IMG/VR virus record: IMGVR_UViG_3300044641_004408
Location: 5,237 to 69,236 of that record
DNA: 64,000 nucleotides
Direction: 5' to 3' (one strand)
DNA from: a virus
The translations under genes and the position numbers were made by a program. Shown one piece after another: positions 9,459 to 17,571 of the stretch; position 1 is the stretch's first letter; every line of letters starts with the position of its first letter. The notes under the pieces are model-generated. The model saw only the letters and a list, made by a program, of their open reading frames with translations, did not search any database and was not told the DNA's origin.

Positions 9459-9650
9459 TTAATTTACTTCAACAACTTCAGATGCTGATTGAGAAGCTTT
9501 GTATTGCTCCATTGCTAATCCTTGAATTAAATTAACAATTTCAATGCCATATTTTGTAGGCATTTCGCTTGCTAACCTGTGTAAATGCTCGGTTTGAGCT
9601 GGATTTAAAGATGGAAACGGGATTGATACTGGTTCAGTTACTTGACTCAT
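9459..9650 (-). CDS. Hypothetical protein
   Basis: 63-aa ORF in operon. Confidence 0.55.
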   Translation of the reverse strand: MSQVTEPVSIPFPSLNPAQTEHLHRLASEMPTKYGIEIVNLIQGLAMEQYKASQSASEVVEVN

Positions 9651-9693
9651 ATGTTTTATTTTTTTGCTAAATTAATTAAATTTATTAATATTC

Positions 9694-10071
9694 CTAATAT
9701 TCCTTGTAAGACTTTTCTTCTACTAGCTCGGAGCCATACTTAGTGTTTATCTGCTTCTTAATAATCGCCCTCACATCATTCAATTGGTACACTTCCCTAG
9801 CTAGTCCTATGAACTTTTCGGTAAATGACTTCATTCTTTCGCACTCCCTTAAATCATCCTCTACTTTCCATAGCTTTTTGTTTATGTTATAGAGTTCTTG
9901 TGTTAGTGGATCTGTCAATGCTTCTGGATGCTTTCTTTCTAATGCCCCTTTTATGTATTTCCACTCTTTCTCTATATTCTCTAACTTATCTTTCTCGTAT
10001 ATAAGTAATTTTTTTATGGTAAGGATAGTATATTTATCTGCCACCTCACCGATGCTTGCTTCTATCTTCAT
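9694..10071 (-). CDS. DUF6165-like protein
   Basis: SIGE.ADK.TIL.IK, LW..ED, AR.VY.LND.R, IN..YGS.LVEEKSY. Confidence 0.75.
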   Translation of the reverse strand: MKIEASIGEVADKYTILTIKKLLIYEKDKLENIEKEWKYIKGALERKHPEALTDPLTQELYNINKKLWKVEDDLRECERMKSFTEKFIGLAREVYQLNDVRAIIKKQINTKYGSELVEEKSYKEY

Positions 10072-10075
10072 AATA

Positions 10076-10134
10076 CAAAGGTAGTAATTTTATTAATATT
10101 TATTTAATTTAATTAATTTAATTTTATAGCTTTG
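10076..10134. promoter_or_regulatory. Divergent promoter region of the glycosylation island
   Basis: TACCTTTG (minus, 10076-10083) and TAGCTTTG (plus, 10127-10134). Confidence 0.6.
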
Positions 10135-10150
10135 CCTAAAACATATAAAC

Positions 10151-11512
10151 ATGCCAACAAGCTATCCTCTTTACAAAGATTCTGTCAGAAATTGGTTTTT
10201 ACAAAATGTTTCATTAAATGCGTCTATATTGGATATTGGAGCAGGATGTGGAACTTATAGTGATTTAATTCGTGGTTATGGCTACAAAATGGATGCAGTA
10301 GAAATATGGGAGCCATACATAAAACAATATGATTTAAATAATAAATATAGTTGTGTTTATAAAGAAAATATCCTTAAAATGCCCTTTGACCTACTTGATA
10401 CATATGATTTTTTTATTTTAGGGGATGTTTTGGAACATTTATCGGTGGAAGATGCCCAATGGCTTATGAATTTTTTAAAGATAAAAGGCAAGCGATATCT
10501 TGTAGCAGTTCCCTATGTAATGGAACAAGGAGAATATGAAGGGAATGTCCATGAAACACACCTACAGCCTGACCTTACGCCTGAAAATATGCTAGAAAGA
10601 TACCCTGATTTAGAATTACTTTATGGCAATAATTACTATGGTTACTATACAAATAAAAAACAAAAACATGAAAAAGCTTATGTCCTTTATGCTGACGACT
10701 CCTATTTGGATCTTGTGGATGCTTGTTGTCGTTCCATTAGAAACTTTAGCACTTATCCTATTTACGTTTATATGCTTAATTCGGACAATAAAGTAAATGT
10801 AGAAAATACCACAACGATAAGATGGGAATGTGATGTAAGGCATTTGAAAAAGCGTAATGACTACATTAAAAGAGAAGATAAGCAGATATATAAGCTATTA
10901 ATAGAAAGACCTAAGATAGTAATAGATGCCTTAAAATACGCTGAAGTAGTGGCGTATGTGGACACAGATAGCGTAGCTACAAAAAACGTCAACAAAATCT
11001 TTGATTATTTTCCAATAAATTCACCTTACCCATACTTTACCAAAGGTATTTATGACTTCTTAATTATAAATGGAAGAGGTGGGGCAAGCAACTACGATAA
11101 TTTAACTAATACATTAGAGGCTCCAGTATGTGAGCTTTTTAGAACAGATCAAAGAGAAAGGCAATTTACGGGATACAGACAGACAGGGTATTTTGTTGCA
11201 GGTCAAAAATGCATAGACTTTTTGGAGCTTTGGTCTTATAGATGCAATCATCCAGCAATATTAAAAGATAATGCATGGTACGCGAGTTTTAATGAAGAAA
11301 CAATTTTGCAAAGCTGTCTATATGATGAAGCAGCGACTGAAGGTTTACCATACTGCTACATAAACGGATTGCACAAAGAGTTAGAATATAAAGAACAAGA
11401 GTATTTTATTGGGGAATGGCTAAAAGTACCTTTGAAGCAAAACCATCTTTTTTATCATGGAGAAAAAGATATAGATAAGATTAATGAATTTATAGAATTT
11501 TTAAAGTTATGA
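10151..11512 (+). CDS. Class I SAM methyltransferase fused to GT-A glycosyltransferase
   Basis: LDIGAGCG, GDVLEHL; C-terminal YVDTD and NEET motifs. Confidence 0.75.
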   Translation: MPTSYPLYKDSVRNWFLQNVSLNASILDIGAGCGTYSDLIRGYGYKMDAVEIWEPYIKQYDLNNKYSCVYKENILKMPFDLLDTYDFFILGDVLEHLSVEDAQWLMNFLKIKGKRYLVAVPYVMEQGEYEGNVHETHLQPDLTPENMLERYPDLELLYGNNYYGYYTNKKQKHEKAYVLYADDSYLDLVDACCRSIRNFSTYPIYVYMLNSDNKVNVENTTTIRWECDVRHLKKRNDYIKREDKQIYKLLIERPKIVIDALKYAEVVAYVDTDSVATKNVNKIFDYFPINSPYPYFTKGIYDFLIINGRGGASNYDNLTNTLEAPVCELFRTDQRERQFTGYRQTGYFVAGQKCIDFLELWSYRCNHPAILKDNAWYASFNEETILQSCLYDEAATEGLPYCYINGLHKELEYKEQEYFIGEWLKVPLKQNHLFYHGEKDIDKINEFIEFLKL

Positions 11513-13548
11513 AGATAATCCTACTTGAGAACCATTTGAGTACAGGTGGCGCACCTATGTTTGCCCTTAAAAGAATTGAAAGCTTACTTGCACATACAAA
11601 TGTAGAAATATACTGCATTGAGCTTAATTTTCATGGAGCTGACTTTGTGGTGCAAAGGAATCAAATAATAGATATACTTGGAGATAGGTTTTATGAAGCC
11701 GGAGAGGATAAGATGCGAGTAATGGATATTATTAACGAAGTAAAGCCAGACATAGTACATATAGAAGATGTGGCAGAAAGGTTACCAAGAGAATTGGCTA
11801 TTGCATTGTATAACAATAGTAGAGATTATAGGATAGTGGAAACCCCACATGATGTTATTTTCAATCCTGATGCAGATAAGCTTTTTCACCCTGATTTGTA
11901 CGCTTTTTGTACTCCATTTCATGAAAATGTTTACGCTGAAATGGATTCCAAATACTTTACCATTCAATACCCAATAGAAGAAAAAAAGGTAACGGATAAG
12001 ATGAAATTGGAAGCAAAGAAGAAAGTTGGCTTTTCTTTAGATAGAAAAACTGCTTTGCATATTGGGCTTTGGACTCCGCAGAAGAATCAAAAGAAAACAA
12101 TTGCCATTGCAAGGAGGTTCCCAGATATTGATTTTGTGGTAGCGGGGAATATGGCGGGTAACTTTCAGTTTTATTGGGAGGATTTAATTAAGGACTTGCC
12201 ATCTAATTTTAAGGCACTTGGAGAACGCAGCGATATTGATACCTTGTTGCAAGCAGCAGATATATTTATCTTCCCTTCTACCAATGAATGCTCTCCTTTA
12301 TCCTTACGCCATGCTATTGAGGTTGGTTTGCCTATTGTAGCCAATAACTTACCAGCTTATGAAGGAACACTAGATAAATATATAAAGCCCCTAGAAACGG
12401 ATTTAAACACCATTACAAGGGATTACAAGATACCAAATAGCAATAACTCAAGAAGATTTGCGCTTGATCACAAAAAAATGTACGAAACAATACTAAAGTT
12501 TTCTATTAGAAAACAAATGGTAACTTTCCATGTAAACTTTATTGGTGCGCCATTTTTAGAGATAAAAGGAATAAGTGATAGCAATTTTCTAGTTAAGTTT
12601 TATGATGAAAAGAACGAGTGCCACTACACCAATACAATTAAAGCAAATCATTGGGTAAAATTAAACCGCCAGTGGTTTACCAAGTGGACTATTCGTGTAT
12701 GGGAGAACGGGCAAGATTTAGTTTACAAATACACCCTTGACTTGGAGGGCAAAGAAGTACTAATTACGATAGATAGCAAGGCATTGGGTGATACAATGGC
12801 ATTTATACCCTATTGCGAGGCGTTTCAAGAGAAGCATAAGTGCAATGTGACTGTTTCTACCTTTTGGAATAAAATCCTTGATTACCCTAATTTAAAGCTC
12901 ATTGAACCCGGTCAGTCAATTGGATGCTATGCTATGTACCATCTTGGATATTTCCATGATTCTGACAAGGAACCAGTGCCTGCAAATAAAGTTCCCCTTC
13001 AACAATCAGCAAGTAACATTTTAGGGCTTGATTATGTTGAGTTGGTACCAAAGGTTAAGGTGAATAGAGAAAGGCTGGATTTGGGCAGATATGTGGCAAT
13101 AGCGACCAATTCTACTGCACAATGTAAGTTCTGGCAACGCCATGATTGGCAAATTTTAATAAATCACCTACATTCTAAGGGATATAGAGTAATAAATGTT
13201 TCAAGAGAAACTAACCCATTTGATAACTGCGAACCTATCTCAAACACTTCTATTGAATATACTATGCAAGTTATTGCGGGAGCCGAGTATATGGTAGGTT
13301 TATCATCAGGCTTAAGCTGGTTAGCTTTTGCTATTGGTACCCATGTAGTTCTTATAGCTAACTTTACTGCTGTGGATTACGAATTTAGTACTAATTGTAC
13401 TAGAATAGTCAATCCAAAGGTCTGCCATGATTGTTGGAGTGATCATAAATTGGATGCGTCACAATGGAATTGGTGTCCCCGAAATCAAAACTTTATCTGC
13501 CACACTTCAATAACAGCTCAAATGGTTATAGATAAATTGCCTTTGTAG
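11509..13548 (+). CDS. GT4-like glycosyltransferase fused to Aah/TibC-type (BAHT) heptosyltransferase
   Basis: STGGA, KNQ, ADIFIFPS.NE.SP; ALGDTMAF, K.W, GLSSGLSWLA, CHDCW...WCPR...C. Confidence 0.8.
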   Translation: MKIILLENHLSTGGAPMFALKRIESLLAHTNVEIYCIELNFHGADFVVQRNQIIDILGDRFYEAGEDKMRVMDIINEVKPDIVHIEDVAERLPRELAIALYNNSRDYRIVETPHDVIFNPDADKLFHPDLYAFCTPFHENVYAEMDSKYFTIQYPIEEKKVTDKMKLEAKKKVGFSLDRKTALHIGLWTPQKNQKKTIAIARRFPDIDFVVAGNMAGNFQFYWEDLIKDLPSNFKALGERSDIDTLLQAADIFIFPSTNECSPLSLRHAIEVGLPIVANNLPAYEGTLDKYIKPLETDLNTITRDYKIPNSNNSRRFALDHKKMYETILKFSIRKQMVTFHVNFIGAPFLEIKGISDSNFLVKFYDEKNECHYTNTIKANHWVKLNRQWFTKWTIRVWENGQDLVYKYTLDLEGKEVLITIDSKALGDTMAFIPYCEAFQEKHKCNVTVSTFWNKILDYPNLKLIEPGQSIGCYAMYHLGYFHDSDKEPVPANKVPLQQSASNILGLDYVELVPKVKVNRERLDLGRYVAIATNSTAQCKFWQRHDWQILINHLHSKGYRVINVSRETNPFDNCEPISNTSIEYTMQVIAGAEYMVGLSSGLSWLAFAIGTHVVLIANFTAVDYEFSTNCTRIVNPKVCHDCWSDHKLDASQWNWCPRNQNFICHTSITAQMVIDKLPL

Positions 13549-13585
13549 CTACAAATGTTACGCTTTATTCTCTAATGCGTTTGCT

Positions 13586-15172
13586 TTATTGCTTGTTGTT
13601 GTTTGGTAAATTTTCTGGTTCATCAATTTTTAATGGTTCAACTATTACTTTACCATTTTCATCAGTCCAGCCAGTATCAATCATATGCTTGTCTTTCCTT
13701 TCTCCTATTACCATCCAAGATATTTCATCTGTTGAGTTTACATTTTGACTTTCTATATAGATAATATTACCAATAACTTTACCTTTTACTAAATCCCATC
13801 CACTTTCATTTGTAGTAAAACATTGTACTTCTCTACATAAAGCCTCAAATGTACCATTAGTCATTGTTGATACTTCATCTATATTTGCTTGAGCCTTACC
13901 ATTTACCAAAGTCAATTTGCCCCTATAAATTAAATCTGCTTGTGGTCCTTCAATAAATGAATGCACTAATTCATGCGTTTCTGACATTGATTCTAAAGGA
14001 TGGTCAATTCTAAACGAACCAGAACCTTTTGATAATGAACCTGCTACAAAAGTAGCACCATCTCCTCTAACTCTAAAATATGGTGTGCCTCCTGCACTAG
14101 CCGCATAAATACACCAATCGTTTGAATTTGAACCTCCATAAATTAATGGCCCAAAAGATTGTGAGGTTGCAGTATTTGCTTGTAAAAATGCAGTCCAATT
14201 ATCTATAAAACCTTGTACTGACAATGGCTGCGATTTATCGGATGGATTATTAATAGCTACACATCCCCCCGATGTGATTGTCATTGAAGTTTGCCAAGGT
14301 GTATTTGAACCAGCAGCAGTTGATACTGCTCTATCAAAAGTAATTCCTCCATTAAGAAAGTAAATTCTATTTGAAGTTCCAGTTGTTATTTGTATATCAG
14401 CACTTCCATTAAAAAATGAATTTGAACCTAATACAAATAAACCATCACTTGCTCTATTCCATAATGTACCGGTAGTTCCAATTTGTAAAGCAGTAGTTCC
14501 ACTTGCCCAAGAATTAGGTGTCGTTCCGATTCCAACGTTACCACCGCTTGTGATTCTTAATAAACCGCTTGTTGTTGATAAAATTAAATCATTAGATGCT
14601 CTCATTTCAAGTGCATTTAATACACCAATACCAAGTTGTGCAGAATTACCTAAATAGCCTATATCTGTACCACTTCTTCTAAATGCAAGATATCCACCAT
14701 TTGCATCAGTAGAATTAAATATAGCATTTATTGCGGCACTACTTGAGAATGTAGCAGCACCAGTAGAAGCTATTGTAAGTTTATCAGCACCAGCAGAACC
14801 TAAAGTTAATGCATCTGTAGCGTGATTATAACCGACATATCCTCTATAATTATCAGCAGCAGAAGTACCATCACCAAATTGTAAAAAACTACTTTGATTA
14901 GTCGCTGCCCATAATTGTAAACCACCAGCAGTTGTGCCAGGAACTCCAACTGATAAAGTAAATGTTCCAGCATTACCAGCATTCGTTGAGCCTCCAAATA
15001 AACCATTACCACTAAAAGCAGCACTTGTACCACTTAAAGCACCAGTTAAGTTAGTAGCTCCTGTTACTTGTAGTTTAAATGAGGCATTGGCTGCTGCACC
15101 TATACCCACATTATTAGACGAGTCTGTAAAAATTGCTAAAGGGACTTGTCCCAAGCGAAAAGTTAACCCCAT
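13586..15172 (-). CDS. Tail fibre protein with C-terminal chaperone-like domain
   Basis: NVGIG repeats; SKGSGSFRIDHP...HSFIEGP. Confidence 0.8.
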   Translation of the reverse strand: MGLTFRLGQVPLAIFTDSSNNVGIGAAANASFKLQVTGATNLTGALSGTSAAFSGNGLFGGSTNAGNAGTFTLSVGVPGTTAGGLQLWAATNQSSFLQFGDGTSAADNYRGYVGYNHATDALTLGSAGADKLTIASTGAATFSSSAAINAIFNSTDANGGYLAFRRSGTDIGYLGNSAQLGIGVLNALEMRASNDLILSTTSGLLRITSGGNVGIGTTPNSWASGTTALQIGTTGTLWNRASDGLFVLGSNSFFNGSADIQITTGTSNRIYFLNGGITFDRAVSTAAGSNTPWQTSMTITSGGCVAINNPSDKSQPLSVQGFIDNWTAFLQANTATSQSFGPLIYGGSNSNDWCIYAASAGGTPYFRVRGDGATFVAGSLSKGSGSFRIDHPLESMSETHELVHSFIEGPQADLIYRGKLTLVNGKAQANIDEVSTMTNGTFEALCREVQCFTTNESGWDLVKGKVIGNIIYIESQNVNSTDEISWMVIGERKDKHMIDTGWTDENGKVIVEPLKIDEPENLPNNNKQ

Positions 15173-15173
15173 A

Positions 15174-15746
15174 TTAATTATTTTTATATTTCCAAGTGAA
15201 GTTTTTATGTGTTTTCCTAGTACCCCTGCAACAATCGCCTATTTTGCTATAGCTTTTAAATCCAAGTTCTACTGTAGCATCTACTGCGCTATCCCATTCT
15301 CTTATATATTCGCCTTGTCTTGTCATTTGTATAATTGGCTTGGAGTGCCAAATTTTATTTTTTAATTTTGATTCTGCACTAGGGACATTACCAATTTTAG
15401 CTAATGACATTTTTTTTCTACCTTCTTCTGTTATTGCCCATCCTCTAACACCATCCCCACCATCTGTCATATTGCATAAATGTCCAGTGTTTTTATTTGA
15501 CCTACCATGCAAACCAATAAGATATGATTCCCAAGAGTTAGCCTCATCCCAAGTAAGATTAGTTAGTAGTATTTCTACTTCAATCATAGTTTGGTTATAG
15601 ATTCTTTGCCAATGCTTATTACGCTTATGAACTTGATAGGCTCTTTTAAAATTGCTTAAAGAACCGATACCAATATAAAATACATTGCCATTGTCCAATC
15701 TTTTATGAACATAAACATAAGCATTATTTACTGGATCATATCTCAT
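15174..15746 (-). CDS. Free-standing GIY-YIG-like homing endonuclease
   Basis: YVYVH...FYIGIG, NMTDGG, C-terminal NUMOD1-like motif; similar to 2794..3399. Confidence 0.8.
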   Translation of the reverse strand: MRYDPVNNAYVYVHKRLDNGNVFYIGIGSLSNFKRAYQVHKRNKHWQRIYNQTMIEVEILLTNLTWDEANSWESYLIGLHGRSNKNTGHLCNMTDGGDGVRGWAITEEGRKKMSLAKIGNVPSAESKLKNKIWHSKPIIQMTRQGEYIREWDSAVDATVELGFKSYSKIGDCCRGTRKTHKNFTWKYKNN

Positions 15747-15766
15747 TTGTAGCTACAATTTGTTCT

Positions 15767-17287
15767 TTATCTATTAATAAGTGAGTTTATTGTTTGTTGT
15801 TGTTCGTTTACTTTTTGGTTTAGTTCTTGTATTGCTTTTATAAGCATTGGTACAAATACAGACATTTTAACTGACTTTGTTGTAGTACCTAATTCATTTC
15901 CATTTACATCTCTATCATTAAATTCATCTACTAAGCCCGGAAATACTTGTTCTAATTCTTGAGCAATGACTCCAATTTGTTTATATGATTCATAACCTAA
16001 TTCAGCTTTTAAATTGTAGTTAACAATTCTTACCTTCATTAAATCATCTAGTTTTGGTGATGCATCAACAATGTTTTCTTTAAGTTTTATATCCGATATT
16101 GGACCATAACTATTATTACTATTTGTAACATTTCCATTACTTGTAACATTAAAACAAAAATTACCAGAAGTTGTGGCACTCGCAGTATTCCAACCAGTAA
16201 AAAGTGAACGAGCATTACCAGCAGCAGCATCAGTTCTTGCATTAATAACATCTGTTCCACTTTGATAAACATCTAAGCCAGTAATTTGTGCAGTTTTACC
16301 AATACCAGTTTTGCCATCAGTTAATATTGTCATTCTTTGTCCACCTCCTACTGAAAATGCTAAAGGTGTGAATCCTGTTCCGCCTGCACCAAATTCTGTA
16401 CCTATCCAACCAACATTATTATCATGGTTCATAAATACAAAGTTCCCATTACCATTTGCATATACATTAAAACCACCATAAGGAGTTGTAGTATTAGATT
16501 TTATAGCAACCCTTGCATAGTCGTTAGTTGAAGTTCCAATATTTACTACACCACCACCTCCTTGTAATATTAATGGTATGTATGCAGATGTGCTTCTATT
16601 ATAAGCAATCATGGTCACTTGATTTGTATTAAAACCAACTTCAAGACCTTCAGCGCCTCCATTGCTTACGTTTAATTTATCAGCCGGAGTATTAGTACCA
16701 ATTCCAACTCTACCATTTGATAACATAGTCATTTTAACACCACTACCACTTTGAAAATATAAATTATTTGTAACGTTTATATAAGAATGGTCGTTGTGAA
16801 TTGATTGAATATTTGTTGAAACATTACCTGCAATTACATCAAGTATGTTTCTACTACTTGTGTTAGTAGTGTTTGTATTTTGGAATACATTAGTAATAGT
16901 GCTATTTGAATTACTTGTAAATGTAGCAGCACCAGTAGAAGCTATTGCTAATCTTGGCGTAGAAACACCATTTGTATAAAAATTAATTGCAGAAGTAGAA
17001 CTATTTAATAAAATACCTTCATAGCCCGCTCCAAAATCTAAAACATTAGTAATACCAACATTATCACCATCACTATATAAATAACCAGTTGCACCACCTG
17101 ATCTTGCCCATACTAATGGACTACTTCCTACTGCATCCCCAATTGTCAACCTACTCGTAAAGTTACCAGTACCAGTAACTTGTAATTTAAAGCTACCAGA
17201 AGCTGCTCCTCCTATACCTACATTATAAGATGAATCTACTGCTATTGCATTTGATAAAATTGCGTTACCTGTATTTAATGATGGCAT
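15767..17287 (-). CDS. Tail fibre with peptidase S74 intramolecular chaperone
   Basis: VGIG repeats; SDIKLKENI, GVIAQELE, LIKAIQEL coiled coil. Confidence 0.88.
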   Translation of the reverse strand: MPSLNTGNAILSNAIAVDSSYNVGIGGAASGSFKLQVTGTGNFTSRLTIGDAVGSSPLVWARSGGATGYLYSDGDNVGITNVLDFGAGYEGILLNSSTSAINFYTNGVSTPRLAIASTGAATFTSNSNSTITNVFQNTNTTNTSSRNILDVIAGNVSTNIQSIHNDHSYINVTNNLYFQSGSGVKMTMLSNGRVGIGTNTPADKLNVSNGGAEGLEVGFNTNQVTMIAYNRSTSAYIPLILQGGGGVVNIGTSTNDYARVAIKSNTTTPYGGFNVYANGNGNFVFMNHDNNVGWIGTEFGAGGTGFTPLAFSVGGGQRMTILTDGKTGIGKTAQITGLDVYQSGTDVINARTDAAAGNARSLFTGWNTASATTSGNFCFNVTSNGNVTNSNNSYGPISDIKLKENIVDASPKLDDLMKVRIVNYNLKAELGYESYKQIGVIAQELEQVFPGLVDEFNDRDVNGNELGTTTKSVKMSVFVPMLIKAIQELNQKVNEQQQTINSLINR

Positions 17288-17288
17288 T

Positions 17289-17540
17289 TTACTTTATTTT
17301 TGATTGTTCTAACAATGCCTTGTATTCAGAAATTACTTCTGGAGTCCAAATAGCATTTGCTATGGATTGTACTTTTGCATCTTCATTTGATATATCATCA
17401 GTTGGATTTACAACGTGCCTATAATATGTTCTTGCTATTTCTTCTCCATCTTTTTCAATTATTGTTGCAGTACGAACTTGGATAGCATTTGTTTCAACTA
17501 TCTCTATTTTATCTATTTTTTTTGTTTCTATTAATGCCAT
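17289..17540 (-). CDS. Putative tail fibre assembly protein
   Basis: IQVR..T.IE.DG.EI.R..HV...WT motif; follows the LDDYEEG fibre. Confidence 0.6.
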   Translation of the reverse strand: MALIETKKIDKIEIVETNAIQVRTATIIEKDGEEIARTYYRHVVNPTDDISNEDAKVQSIANAIWTPEVISEYKALLEQSKIK

Positions 17541-17571
17541 TTTATATTAATTTATATTATTATTTAAAACA

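Noticed and set aside
6934-13548. DNA hypermodification cluster
   Set aside because: No base hydroxymethylase, kinase or phage polymerase seen; location and GT families fit protein/glycan targets better, though this is not formally excluded
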